From Microbacteriaceae bacterium (lineage in GTDB: Bacteria > Actinomycetota > Actinomycetes > Actinomycetales > Microbacteriaceae): a stretch of DNA of 49,175 bases. Positions 17,868 to 27,656 of this stretch are shown piece after piece (the stretch's first letter is position 1; each line of letters begins with the position of its first letter). The position numbers were made by a program, and so were the translations under genes. The stretch is from positions 1 to 49,175 of the forward strand of contig DATMFB010000014.1 in NCBI GenBank assembly GCA_035556395.1. The letters run 5' to 3'. The notes below the pieces were generated by a model. The model was given only the letters and a program-made list of their open reading frames with translations, was not told the DNA's origin and made no database searches.

Positions 17868-18836
17868 GTGGCATCCTCCGGCGCGCTCGATCGCCCCGAG
17901 GTCGCCGTCGTCATCGTCGACTGGAACGAGCCCGATGTGACCCTCGAGGCGGTGCAATCGGTGATCGATCAGCCCGGTGCCCCGAGCACCGAGATCGTCG
18001 TCGTCGACAACGGCTCGGATGCGACTTCCACCGGGCACCCAGCAGCGGATATCCCCGGAGTCCGGGTGGTGCGTTTGGCCGAGAATCTCGGCTTCGCCGG
18101 GGGCGCGAACGCCGGGATCGCTGCGACCACCGGCGACACGATCGTCCTCCTCAACAACGACGCGCGCCTCGAACCGGGAGCGCTCGCGGCGCTCGTCGCG
18201 CCGCTCGCCGACCCGCGGGTTGGCGCGGCCACGGCGCTCATCCTGCTCGATGCGACGAGCCCGCAGCTCGTCAACTCGACTGGCGGCGAAGTGACGAGAT
18301 CGGGCAACGGCCGTGACCGGGACTGGGCCCTGCCCCTCGTCGATCTGGAGCGCGCGTCCGGTCCCGCACCCGCATTCTCCGGCGGCGCGGTCGCACTGCG
18401 CCGCGCCGCTGTGGTCGATGCGGGCGGGCCGTTCGACGAGCGCCTCTTCATGTACTACGAGGACACCGAGCTCTCCTGGCGCATGCGGCGCCGGGGCTGG
18501 GAGATCCGCTACGCGCCGGACGCGCTCGTGCACCATCGTCACGCCCACTCATCGAACGCCGGCTCGGACTTCTTCCTGCGACTCAACGAGCGCAACCGGC
18601 TGCGTTTCGCGATCGTCCACGGCACCGGAGGCGTGATCGTCCGCGCCCACCTCAGGTCGATCGCCGGTGTCGGCACTCGACTCGTGCGCCGCGACGCTCG
18701 AGGTGCGGCTCGTCGCCTCGGTGCACTCGGGCATGCGATCGCTCACCTGCCGGAGCTCCTGCGATCGCGCCGTGCCGCCGCTCGGACGGCGACGAGCTCG
18801 TTGCGCGAGCTGTGGGCCGGGGCCCCTTCGGACTAG
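17868..18836 (+). CDS. Glycosyltransferase family 2 (WbbL-like rhamnosyltransferase candidate)
   Basis: 322 aa. [43 protein letters not shown], and [10 protein letters not shown]. Confidence 0.8.
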   Translation: MASSGALDRPEVAVVIVDWNEPDVTLEAVQSVIDQPGAPSTEIVVVDNGSDATSTGHPAADIPGVRVVRLAENLGFAGGANAGIAATTGDTIVLLNNDARLEPGALAALVAPLADPRVGAATALILLDATSPQLVNSTGGEVTRSGNGRDRDWALPLVDLERASGPAPAFSGGAVALRRAAVVDAGGPFDERLFMYYEDTELSWRMRRRGWEIRYAPDALVHHRHAHSSNAGSDFFLRLNERNRLRFAIVHGTGGVIVRAHLRSIAGVGTRLVRRDARGAARRLGALGHAIAHLPELLRSRRAAARTATSSLRELWAGAPSD

Positions 18837-19693
18837 TCCAGCAGATTCAGCAGGTACGAGCCGTAGCCGCTCTTGACGAGCGAAGCACCGAGGTCTCGCA
18901 GCTGCACGTCATCGATCCAACCCTGTCGCCAGGCGATCTCCTCGATGCAGCCGATCTTGAATCCCTGCCGGTCCTCGATGACCCGCACGTACTCCGCCGC
19001 CTGCATCATCGACTCGAATGTCCCGGTGTCGAGCCAGGCGGTGCCGCGATCGAGTACCTGGACGCGCAGACGACCAGCCCGGAGGTAGGCATCGTTGACG
19101 GCCGTGATCTCGAGCTCACCCCGATCGCTCGGCACGATCGACTTCGCGATGCGCACGACGTCGTTGTCGAAGAAGTAGAGACCGGGCACGGCGTAGGAGC
19201 TCTTGGGCTTCGCCGGCTTCTCCTCGATCGAGATCGCGTTGCCGTCGGCATCGAACTCGACGACGCCGTAGGCGCTCGGGTTCGCCACGTGGTACGCGAA
19301 GATGACTCCGCCATCGAGGTCGGTGTGGCCCTCGAGCGCCGTGCCGAGTCCGCTTCCGTGGAAGATGTTGTCGCCGAGCACGAGTGCGACGGAGTCGTCC
19401 CCGATGAACTCCTCGCCGATGATGAACGCCTGGGCGAGGCCATCGGGCGACGGCTGGACCGCATAGGTGAGCTCGATCCCGAGGTCCTGCCCGTCGCCGA
19501 GCAGACCGCGGAACGCGTCGTGATGCTCGGGGGTCGTGATGATGAGGATCTCTCGGATCCCTGCGGCCATGAGGGTCGACAGCGGGTAGTAGACCATCGG
19601 CTTGTCGTAGATCGGCATCAGCTGCTTCGAGATCCCCTTGGTGATGGGGTGAAGCCGGGTGCCGGAGCCGCCGGCGAGGATGATGCCGCGCAC
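18833..19693 (-). CDS. rmlA: Glucose-1-phosphate thymidylyltransferase
   Basis: 286 aa. [42 protein letters not shown] and VLGDNIFHG. Confidence 0.95.
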   Translation of the reverse strand: MRGIILAGGSGTRLHPITKGISKQLMPIYDKPMVYYPLSTLMAAGIREILIITTPEHHDAFRGLLGDGQDLGIELTYAVQPSPDGLAQAFIIGEEFIGDDSVALVLGDNIFHGSGLGTALEGHTDLDGGVIFAYHVANPSAYGVVEFDADGNAISIEEKPAKPKSSYAVPGLYFFDNDVVRIAKSIVPSDRGELEITAVNDAYLRAGRLRVQVLDRGTAWLDTGTFESMMQAAEYVRVIEDRQGFKIGCIEEIAWRQGWIDDVQLRDLGASLVKSGYGSYLLNLLD

Positions 19694-19704
19694 GGGATTC
19701 GAGT

Positions 19705-20310
19705 CTACCGGTCCGCCAGATCGCCGAGGTAGGCGAGCACGTCGGCGTAGGTGGGGAGCGTGCCGGACGCGAGCGCCTCGGCCAGGCTCGGAGCATCGCG
19801 GTCCTTCTCCGAGAGCACGAGCTCGTCAAGCGGGATCGGGAACTCCAGTCCGATCGCCGGGTCGAGCGGCGAGATCCCGTGCTCCCGCGGCGCGTTGTAC
19901 GGCTCCGAGACGAGATAGCCGACGGTCGTCTCGTCCTCGAGCGCGAGGAACGCATGTCCGAGGCCCTCGGAGATGTAGAGCGCGCTGCGAGTGACGTCGT
20001 CGAGTCGGACGGCATCCCACTCTCCGAACGTGGGCGAGCCGACCCGGATGTCGACGACGAAGTCGATGACCGCGCCACGGAAGCACTGGATGTACTTGGC
20101 CTGACTCGGCGGCACGTCGGCGTAGTGGATGCCGCGGACCACTCCTCGTCCGGAGATGGACACGTTCATCTGCGCGAGCTCGAAACGATGTCCGATCGCC
20201 TCCTCGAGCCGTTCGGACCGGTACGCCTCGAGGAACCCGCCCCGGGCGTCGTGCAGGACCGTCGTGGTGATCTCCCACGCTCCGGCGATCGACAGCTCAC
20301 GGAGCCCCAT
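19705..20310 (-). CDS. rmlC: dTDP-4-dehydrorhamnose 3,5-epimerase
   Basis: 201 aa. [40 protein letters not shown] and GLGHAFLAL. Confidence 0.92.
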   Translation of the reverse strand: MGLRELSIAGAWEITTTVLHDARGGFLEAYRSERLEEAIGHRFELAQMNVSISGRGVVRGIHYADVPPSQAKYIQCFRGAVIDFVVDIRVGSPTFGEWDAVRLDDVTRSALYISEGLGHAFLALEDETTVGYLVSEPYNAPREHGISPLDPAIGLEFPIPLDELVLSEKDRDAPSLAEALASGTLPTYADVLAYLGDLADR

Positions 20311-21325
20311 CGCGTCCCCCCTCTTCTTCGAATGCCGCGGCGGGATCGTCGACGACGACGTAGAGCGGACGACCCATCGCGACGTTGAGCGTGACGCCGA
20401 TGTACTCCGCGACGATGCCGAGGGAGACGAGGAGCGCTCCAGAGCACAGCAGCGTGATGACTGCGAGACTCGTCCAGCCCTGCGCGTCCACTTGGCCCGT
20501 CAGACGCTGAACCACGATGTAGACCGCGAGGGCGATCCCGAGCAGCGCGAGCACGACGCCGAGGACCGACACGATGCGCAACCCGCGCGTGCCGCTCGAG
20601 AGGACCATGCGCCAGAAGTGCGCGAAGAGCGTACGTGTCGAGTAACCGGACGGACGGTCGCCCTCCGCGCGGAGCGTCACCGGCGCGAGTGCGACACGGT
20701 CGTTGAGCCAGCCGAGCGCGACATCGAGGTAGACGCCGCTCGCGGCGAACTCCGCCAGGCGACGCCCGATGTCGCCGCGCACGAGCCGGTAACTCTGGTA
20801 CTCGCGGAAGCCCTTGCTGCCGAGCACGAGACCCATCAGACGCTTGGCCCCTCGCGATGCGGCATTGCGGAACGCGCCATGCGGTGGCGCGTTGACCGGT
20901 GTGCCGTAGACGACTCCGGCGCGCCCCTCGACCGCGGCGTCGATGAACCCGCCCAGATCCGCGGGATCGTGCTGGCCGTCCTCATCGAGCGTGGCGATCC
21001 ACTCCCCTGCGGATGCCGACATCCCCGCGATCGTGGCAGCATGCTGGCCGAAGTTGCGACTCAGCCAGATCGCCCTGACCTCCGGATGGGTCCGCTCGAG
21101 CTCGCGGATGACCGCGTCCGACGCATCCGGGCCGTTGTCATGGACGAGGATGACCTCGTCTATTCGGAACCTCCGACCAGCGGGCGTTCGACGCTGCGCG
21201 CTCGGCTGCAGGAGCTCGTCGACCACGCCGCCGAGGGTCGCCGCGCCCCGATAGACCGGGATCACCGCACTCACCGAGTGCACGCGGACGTTCTCATGGT
21301 CAAGGGCCCCGGCCACGTCGGTCAC
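20297..21325 (-). CDS. GT2 polyprenyl-phosphate glycosyltransferase (GtrB/ArnC/GacI-like) with two C-terminal TM helices
   Basis: VSAVIPVYRGAATL, LVHDNGPD, NFGQHAATIAG, LDEDGQHDPADL, and C-terminal helices IVSVLGVVLALLGIALAVYIVV and LAVITLLCSGALLVSLGIVAEYI. The start is uncertain. I chose GTG comp. 21325, and the Arg/Ser-rich upstream 143 codons of the ORF track are rejected. Confidence 0.78.
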   Translation of the reverse strand: MTDVAGALDHENVRVHSVSAVIPVYRGAATLGGVVDELLQPSAQRRTPAGRRFRIDEVILVHDNGPDASDAVIRELERTHPEVRAIWLSRNFGQHAATIAGMSASAGEWIATLDEDGQHDPADLGGFIDAAVEGRAGVVYGTPVNAPPHGAFRNAASRGAKRLMGLVLGSKGFREYQSYRLVRGDIGRRLAEFAASGVYLDVALGWLNDRVALAPVTLRAEGDRPSGYSTRTLFAHFWRMVLSSGTRGLRIVSVLGVVLALLGIALAVYIVVQRLTGQVDAQGWTSLAVITLLCSGALLVSLGIVAEYIGVTLNVAMGRPLYVVVDDPAAAFEEEGGRDGAP

Positions 21326-21353
21326 GGTATCACGGCGGGAATGAGCACTGGTC

Positions 21354-23138
21354 TCAGGCGAACGGGAAGAACGCGAAGCGCGCGTCCCGCGATTCGAGTA
21401 CGGGTGCGCCAAGAATGCCTTCGAGGTCCATCTCGATCTCTCCTGCTGGGTCGCCTGCACGATCGACGACGACGCCGGAGAATCCGAGCGCCTCAGCCTC
21501 GACCCGGAACTCGTCCGCAGGCAGCGACGCGATGTCGCCGAGACGGTCGATGTCCGCCCGGCCACGGATGCCGCCACCCGACCAGCGCAGCGAATCGGAG
21601 TGCAGGTAGAGCCGGAGCTGATCCTGATCGAGCGCCATGCCGACGGGCGGAGATTCGGGGAACGCGATGTAGGGCAGCTGGAACACGGCAGCGTTGTCTG
21701 GAAGGCCCGACTGCAGGGCTGCGGTGAACGCCGCATCGGAATCGAATGTCGCAACCGTGGGCGCCCGCGCCTCGGCGTTGGCCGGCGGCACCTGATCCCA
21801 GTACGCGACTCCGACGAGCACTATCGCGGCGAACGCTCCTGCGCCCGCGACCGCTCCGGCGCGTCGGGCTCCTCGGGTCGAGCGCTCGATGAGCGCCGCG
21901 ACGAGCAGCCCGACCGCGACGAGCGCGACCGCCGCGATAACGATCGACATTCGATTCCAGCCTCGGACGACCTGCGTCACGAATCCGATGAGCGTCGCGA
22001 TGCCACCCACCCAGGAGAAGAAGAGGGCCATGAACGCGATGAACGCGAGACCGACGAGCGCCTGCCATCGTCGAGTCGGCTCCCTCGTGCCGCCCGCGAC
22101 CACCCGTACGAGCGCGATCCCGATCGCGACGATGAGCGCGACGAGCCCGAACGCCGCGATGAGACCGAGCGCGGGCGATTCGCTCGGCAACGGATAGTGC
22201 GCGTCGTAGAGACCCCGCAACTCCTGGAACGGTCCGAACCGGTGGTGCGGCGCGGGCAGCAGCAGCTGCACGAGCTTCAGCGCATAGACCTCGGACTCGA
22301 CCGGGGTGCGCACGAGCGCTCCTGGATTGGGCCCTTCGATCATCGCGTGGATCCAGTCCGGCAGCATGTTCATGACGATCACGACGACGATCACGCCGCC
22401 CGCGGCGACAGCACTCCAGAAGGCGCGCCACCGCCGTCGAACGATGAGTGCGCCGACGGCGGCGCAGACCCCGAGGATCCCGATGAACAGTGCGTAGTAC
22501 GCAGAGACGGCCGCGAGCAGACCGAGCGAGAGCACCGTGCCACCGCTCCGGCCGAGCAGATGCCCGAATCCGCGTCGGACTCCTTCGCGTGCCCCCCAGA
22601 GCGGCTCACCGGTCAGAATGCGCCATACGACCACGAGCCCGAGCGGCACGACCCAGTACCACGCGAGGAACATGTGGGCCTCGCCGCGCTGGAAATGGTA
22701 TGGCGCGAGGGCATAGACGACGCCGATCGCCCCGGCCAGCCAGGAGTCGAGCCCGACTCTGCGTGCGAACCAGGTCATCGTCGCCGCGGCGAGTGGGAAC
22801 CCGACTAGGAAGAAGACGTTCATGACGACGCCCCAGGTGGGCAGCACGAGCCCGAGGAGCAGGATCATGAGGTAGTTCAGATCGTCGCCGGTCGCGTAGT
22901 CGTGGTAGTTCTGGCCGCCGGGAGCGCCGAGTGCCGACTGCCACTCGTACCATCCGGTCTCCATCACGGTCTTGACGTGGGCCGCAACAGACAGCCCGTC
23001 ACCCTGATAGGTCAGCGGGACGTCCCAGCGATTCGTCAGCAGGCCCGTCGCTGGCAGTGCGAGCGCGAGCGCCGCAATGGACGAGCCACCGACGGCGAGG
23101 ACCCCCGGACGTGCGATCCAGGTGCGGAAGCCCATCAT
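21354..23138 (-). CDS. Large polytopic membrane protein with C-terminal extracytoplasmic domain (GT-C-like candidate; family unknown)
   Basis: 594 aa from ATGATG (comp. 23138), with an ATGA overlap on the upstream GT2 stop. More than 10 hydrophobic helices, then a soluble tail of about 170 aa (VFQLPYIAFPESPP...LRWSGGGIRGR...GFSGVVVDRAG). Confidence 0.72.
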   Translation of the reverse strand: MMGFRTWIARPGVLAVGGSSIAALALALPATGLLTNRWDVPLTYQGDGLSVAAHVKTVMETGWYEWQSALGAPGGQNYHDYATGDDLNYLMILLLGLVLPTWGVVMNVFFLVGFPLAAATMTWFARRVGLDSWLAGAIGVVYALAPYHFQRGEAHMFLAWYWVVPLGLVVVWRILTGEPLWGAREGVRRGFGHLLGRSGGTVLSLGLLAAVSAYYALFIGILGVCAAVGALIVRRRWRAFWSAVAAGGVIVVVIVMNMLPDWIHAMIEGPNPGALVRTPVESEVYALKLVQLLLPAPHHRFGPFQELRGLYDAHYPLPSESPALGLIAAFGLVALIVAIGIALVRVVAGGTREPTRRWQALVGLAFIAFMALFFSWVGGIATLIGFVTQVVRGWNRMSIVIAAVALVAVGLLVAALIERSTRGARRAGAVAGAGAFAAIVLVGVAYWDQVPPANAEARAPTVATFDSDAAFTAALQSGLPDNAAVFQLPYIAFPESPPVGMALDQDQLRLYLHSDSLRWSGGGIRGRADIDRLGDIASLPADEFRVEAEALGFSGVVVDRAGDPAGEIEMDLEGILGAPVLESRDARFAFFPFA

Positions 23139-23983
23139 CCCTCCCGGTCTGTCGGCAGGATCAGCCGTCGCCGATGGATCTTGTAAAAGGCCCGACGCGC
23201 GAGCGCTGCGACCCTCGCCTTGCGATCGCCGGTTCGGAGGTCTGAGGAGGTCAGGATTCCCGGGTGCTCGGCGGCGAAGGCGTGGTGGAACTCGATGACC
23301 TGCTCCGCCTGATGCCGGGAGAGGGCGATACTCCACTGTCCGGCGTTCACCCGGAAGGCGCTGACGACGCGGTCGAGGCCGATCATCGATCCAGTGAGCA
23401 GCACGCGCGCATAGCTCGCCTGATCGATCAGATACGCGTGGCGCCCGTCCCACCCACCTGCGGCCGCGAGTGCGCCCCGGCGCATCATGACCGCACCAGG
23501 CTCCCCGAACAGGTTGGTGCCGGCGCGAACCGTTGCCCGAATCGCAGCTCGGCCATCGTGGCGGCCGACGAGCGGTCCGAGCCCTCGGCCCCCGAGCAGG
23601 ATCTCGCCGCGCGCGTCAAGGATGTCTCGACGTCCCGCGACGAGCACCGCCTCCGGGTCCGCGGCGAGGGCGGCCGCCTGTGCGGCGATCGCACCTGGAC
23701 GCAGCAGGTCGTCCCCCGGTACGAGCTTCACGAACTCCCCCGTCGCCGCCTCAGTGACTCGCTGCCAGTTGCGCGCCGCGCCTCCACCCGCTGGCGTCGA
23801 GATCAATGTGACGCGCGCATCCTCGATGAAGGGCTCGACCACGGCGAGCGTGCCATCCGTCGACGAGTGATCGGCGACGATGAGCTCGATGTCCGCGTCC
23901 TCTTGTTCAAGGATCGAACGAATCGTCTCTGCGATCGTCATAGCGTTCTGATAGGCCGGAATCACGACCGAGACCCGTGTCAT
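23135..23983 (-). CDS. Glycosyltransferase family 2
   Basis: Start at MTRVSVVIPAYQNAMTIAETIRSIL (ATG comp. 23983, GGGAGG 6 nt upstream). IVADHSSTDGT, and KLVPGDDLL as the DxD-like region. Confidence 0.8.
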   Translation of the reverse strand: MTRVSVVIPAYQNAMTIAETIRSILEQEDADIELIVADHSSTDGTLAVVEPFIEDARVTLISTPAGGGAARNWQRVTEAATGEFVKLVPGDDLLRPGAIAAQAAALAADPEAVLVAGRRDILDARGEILLGGRGLGPLVGRHDGRAAIRATVRAGTNLFGEPGAVMMRRGALAAAGGWDGRHAYLIDQASYARVLLTGSMIGLDRVVSAFRVNAGQWSIALSRHQAEQVIEFHHAFAAEHPGILTSSDLRTGDRKARVAALARRAFYKIHRRRLILPTDREG

Positions 23984-24005
23984 CCTGCGCCTCCCGAACT
24001 GGACA

Positions 24006-25478
24006 TCAGCGTCCGATCCACGAAGTCGCACCCGGGACCACGTCGCATACGACGAAGCCGTTTCGCTCGAAGCGCACGTCGGCGCAGAGGTCGAGTGCAG
24101 CCGCGTAGGTCTCGGCCGAGAGCTCGCGGAGGATCGGTTCGATGACGATCGGTCCCGTGCCCTGGCCGATGGGGACCGACGTCACTCCTGACAGGAATCG
24201 AATCGCCGGTGCGGCGAACCAACCCAGACCCTGGACGCGATCGACGCCGGCCGAGGCCACGAAGCCAGCTGTGGCCTGCTGGTCTTCGCGCGACCAGATC
24301 GGGGACTGCGTGGACTGGATGATCGCGAGCACCCCGCCGTATGCGGTCACACCAGCCGCGACGGCCCCTGCCGCGAAAGCTGCCCCACGCCAGACCCGAC
24401 CTCGGGCAGACACTCGGACGAGGCCCGCGACCGCGAGCGCTGCGAGCACCGGGACGATGAGCATGATGAGCGGCATGCCGTGCCGCACGAACTCGCTCGA
24501 CGACACGAAGATCCACCACACCAGGAATACCGCGATCAGGACCCCGATCGCCACGACGTCCACGCTCGCCCGTCTCCGCCAGATCCCGACGACGGCGAGC
24601 GAGATGATCAATAGCCCGAGGACGATCGCGACCGCGAGCGGCAATCGCCATGCCTCGAAGAGGAGAACGACGCGCGTCAGATAGTCCGAGGAGTTCGTGC
24701 CGTCGGCCCCCGAGCCGCTGTGATAGACGAACACCGCCGTGCTGCGCAGCGACACCAAGTACTGCGCCGGACCGAGCGAGACGAGCTTGACGAGCTCCCA
24801 CGCGACGCTCGGGATGGCCGCGAACCCGAGGAACGCCGCGGCCTCGCCCACTCGACCGCCCGAGCGCCTCCGGCGCACGGCCGGCACGAGCAGCAGCGCG
24901 AGCACGAAGACCGGGATCGCCATCGCCGCGATGAACTTCGCGAGGACGGCGAATCCGACTGCGAGACCGGCGACCATGCGTCGCTTCGGGAGCAGGACGA
25001 GCCCCAGTGCGAGCATCGACGCGGCCGCGATCTCGCCGAGCGCGTCCGACGACCCGTAGAGCACACTCCGTGGGAAGTCGACGCGGCCGTCGAGCATGAG
25101 CAGCGCGCCGAGGGCCGCGGCAGCGCCCCACCACCCCGCGTAGCGGCGGCCGAGCAGCACGAGGCACGCGAGGAGCAGCAGAAAGAACGGGAGCGTCACG
25201 ATGCGCGCCGCGACGATCGAAGGCCCGAAGACCAGGAAGGACAGCGCGACCGGCAATCCAATCACTGGCCCTGTCGTCACAGTCGCGTCGAATGCGATGT
25301 TCGCCCCACCGCCGAGCCAATCCTCGGTCGAATAGCCGAACCCCTGCGCGAGGTTGAGCGGAGCCTGGAGGATGAATGCCTCGTCGAAGCCGATCGGCGA
25401 GATGAACAGGGAGAGGAAATAGGCCGTGAGATGCGTTGCGGCAAGCACCACGACCGCTCCGATCGCGATGCGCGTCAT
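24006..25478 (-). CDS. Polytopic membrane glycosyltransferase, GT39/ArnT-like (GT-C) candidate
   Basis: 490 aa from MTRIAIGAVVVLAATHL (ATG comp. 25478). About 12-13 hydrophobic helices, and a first-loop acidic motif SPIGFDEAFILQAPLNLAQGFGYS as in PMT/ArnT-type GT-C enzymes. The family assignment is by eye only. Confidence 0.65.
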   Translation of the reverse strand: MTRIAIGAVVVLAATHLTAYFLSLFISPIGFDEAFILQAPLNLAQGFGYSTEDWLGGGANIAFDATVTTGPVIGLPVALSFLVFGPSIVAARIVTLPFFLLLLACLVLLGRRYAGWWGAAAALGALLMLDGRVDFPRSVLYGSSDALGEIAAASMLALGLVLLPKRRMVAGLAVGFAVLAKFIAAMAIPVFVLALLLVPAVRRRRSGGRVGEAAAFLGFAAIPSVAWELVKLVSLGPAQYLVSLRSTAVFVYHSGSGADGTNSSDYLTRVVLLFEAWRLPLAVAIVLGLLIISLAVVGIWRRRASVDVVAIGVLIAVFLVWWIFVSSSEFVRHGMPLIMLIVPVLAALAVAGLVRVSARGRVWRGAAFAAGAVAAGVTAYGGVLAIIQSTQSPIWSREDQQATAGFVASAGVDRVQGLGWFAAPAIRFLSGVTSVPIGQGTGPIVIEPILRELSAETYAAALDLCADVRFERNGFVVCDVVPGATSWIGR

Positions 25479-25509
25479 CACCGTCACCTGACTGCGACGG
25501 ATCTGCGCG

Positions 25510-26637
25510 TCAACCTGCAGCGAAGAGCTCACGAGGTAGCACACGCAGCGTCTCGGCGACCTGGTCGACCTGGGCGTCGGACATCCATGGCCCCATCGGG
25601 AGACTGACCACCTCTCGACCGAGGGCCTCGGCACGATCGAACGAGGGCTCTGCAAGTCGGACGAACGGGTCGAGCGGACGGATGTCGCGGATCGAGTAGG
25701 GATAGTGAACGTCGGTCGCGACACCGTGCGCGGAGAATGCCCCCCGCAGCTCAGCGCGGTCGGCGGCACGGACGACGAAGTGATGCCAGACGCTGTCGGT
25801 CACGTCGCGAGGACCGACGACGTAGTCGGCACTGTCGCCAAGAGCGTCCCAGTAGACGGAGGCGATCTCTCGGCGACGTGCAGTGAACTGGTCGAGCTCA
25901 CGTAGATGGATTGACAGGAATGCGGCCTGAAGCGGGTCCAGGCGAGTATTCCATCCGGTGTCGACATGCTCGTACTTCTGTGCGCCCTGGCCATACGAGC
26001 GGCGCGAACGGATCCGCATTGCCAGGGCGGAGTCATCCGTGGTGACCCCGCCGGCGTCGCCAAGGGCTCCTAAGTTCTTCGTCGGATAGAACGAGAACGC
26101 CGCGGCGTCGGATCCTGATCCCACTTGCAGTCCGTCGCGGACTGCACCGTGCGCCTGCGCGGCATCCTCGATCAGCTTGATCCCGTTGGCTCGGGCCAGT
26201 TCCCCGAGCGCGGCGAGGTCGGCTGGGATCCCGAAGAGGTGGACCGCGAGGATCGCGCGCGTCTCGCTGGTGATCGCGGCCTCGACTGCGCGGACGTCGA
26301 TCGCGGCGGTCGCGAGCTCGACATCGACCGGGACCAGCGTCGCGCCGACCTGCTGCACAGCGAGCCATGAAGCGTAGTAGGTGAAGGCCGGCACGATGAC
26401 CTCGTCACCCATACCAATGCCGTAGCCCTCGAGGATCAGCCGGATCGCGTCGAGTCCGTTTCCGACGCCGACGCCGTGCTCCGCACCGACACGCTGCGCC
26501 CAGGCATGCTCGAAGCGCTCGACCGCCGCACCCCCGACGAAGTAGCCGGAGTCGATGACCTCGTCGAGTGCTGCGTGATACTCACTGCGATGGTCGCGTG
26601 CTTGTGCTCCGAGATCGAAGAACGGCACCTCAGCCAT
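25510..26637 (-). CDS. DegT/DnrJ/EryC1/StrS-family PLP aminotransferase (FdtB/QdtB-like dTDP-3-keto-6-deoxyhexose 3-aminotransferase)
   Basis: Start at MAEVPFFDLGAQ (ATG comp. 26637). VGVGNGLDAI, and the active-site Lys region FSFYPTKNLGALGDAGGVTT. Adjacent to the isomerase and acetyltransferase genes. Confidence 0.88.
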   Translation of the reverse strand: MAEVPFFDLGAQARDHRSEYHAALDEVIDSGYFVGGAAVERFEHAWAQRVGAEHGVGVGNGLDAIRLILEGYGIGMGDEVIVPAFTYYASWLAVQQVGATLVPVDVELATAAIDVRAVEAAITSETRAILAVHLFGIPADLAALGELARANGIKLIEDAAQAHGAVRDGLQVGSGSDAAAFSFYPTKNLGALGDAGGVTTDDSALAMRIRSRRSYGQGAQKYEHVDTGWNTRLDPLQAAFLSIHLRELDQFTARRREIASVYWDALGDSADYVVGPRDVTDSVWHHFVVRAADRAELRGAFSAHGVATDVHYPYSIRDIRPLDPFVRLAEPSFDRAEALGREVVSLPMGPWMSDAQVDQVAETLRVLPRELFAAG

Positions 26638-27043
26638 GTCGAGCCCACGCGACGAACGCGTCGTAGTCGCGGATGTAGTCGTCCGGGTCGTACTCCTCCG
26701 ATGCAAATACGAGCGCCGCGGCACCAGTCGTGAACCCGCTCAGAGTTCGCCAGTAGCCGGGTGGCACGACGAGCCCCTTGGTCGGCGTATCCAGCGGCCA
26801 CGTCGACTCGGACGACCCGTCGTCGAGCGTCACGGTGAACGAGCCGGACACGGCCACGATCAGTTGCCGGAGTGCCTTGTGCGCGTGCGACCCCCGGACC
26901 GCCCCGGGCGTGACCGAGTGAATGAAGTAGACACGACGGATCGGAAACGGGAACGGAGCATCGCCTTCGACCACGCCGAGGGAACCGAGTTCGTCTGTGA
27001 TGGTGGGCACCTCGACGACGCCGGGTTGTGACCAATTCAGCAC
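26630..27043 (-). CDS. dTDP-4-keto-6-deoxyglucose 3,4-ketoisomerase (FdtA/QdtA, WxcM-like cupin)
   Basis: 137 aa. DELGSLGVVEG..PFPIRRVYFIHSVTPGAVRGSHAHKALRQLIVAVSGSF...PPGYWRTLSGF. This is the typical FdtA cupin pattern with the His pair. Confidence 0.8.
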   Translation of the reverse strand: MLNWSQPGVVEVPTITDELGSLGVVEGDAPFPFPIRRVYFIHSVTPGAVRGSHAHKALRQLIVAVSGSFTVTLDDGSSESTWPLDTPTKGLVVPPGYWRTLSGFTTGAAALVFASEEYDPDDYIRDYDAFVAWARHG

Positions 27044-27065
27044 CGGCTCATCTTAGACTCTGCCC

Positions 27066-27656
27066 ATGGCTGTCGACCCGAATGCTGAGGTGAGTCCGAC
27101 TGCATCGGTCGACCCTTCTGCCACCGTCTGGGCGGGCACAATGGTGCGTGAGGACGCGGTGGTCGGCCCGGGGACGAGCATCGGTCGGCAGTCGTACGTC
27201 GGACCGGGCGTCGTCATCGGTGAGGACTGCAGGATCCAGAACCAGGCCCTGATCTTCGAGCCGGCGGTGTTGGAAGACGGCGTCTTCGTGGGACCCGCGG
27301 TCGTGCTCACGAACGATCGATTCCCGAGGGCGGTCAACCCGGACGGCAGCCGGAAGACTGCGGACGACTGGGAGCCCGTCGGGGTCGTCGTGAGGTATGG
27401 GGCATCGATCGGCGCGCGTGCCGTGTGCGTCGCGCCGCTGGAGATCGGCGAGTGGGCGACCGTCGCGGCTGGTGCCGTCGTCACCAAGGATGTACCGGCG
27501 TACGCGATCGTCGCCGGCGTCCCGGCGCGGCGAATCGGGTGGGTCGGACGCAGCGGCCAGCCGCTCGTCGTCGACGGCGACCTCCTGCGGGACCCGGCGA
27601 CTGGCGACAGCTACGAGGAGGGCGACGGCCGCCTTGTACTGCGAACCGAACCGTGA
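27066..27656 (+). CDS. Left-handed beta-helix (hexapeptide) N-acetyltransferase, FdtC/QdtC/WlbB-like
   Basis: 196 aa with repeated hexapeptide pattern (VGPGTSIGRQSYVGPGVVIGEDCRIQNQALI...). The C-terminus has VPAYAIVAGVPARRIGWV. Confidence 0.8.
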   Translation: MAVDPNAEVSPTASVDPSATVWAGTMVREDAVVGPGTSIGRQSYVGPGVVIGEDCRIQNQALIFEPAVLEDGVFVGPAVVLTNDRFPRAVNPDGSRKTADDWEPVGVVVRYGASIGARAVCVAPLEIGEWATVAAGAVVTKDVPAYAIVAGVPARRIGWVGRSGQPLVVDGDLLRDPATGDSYEEGDGRLVLRTEP

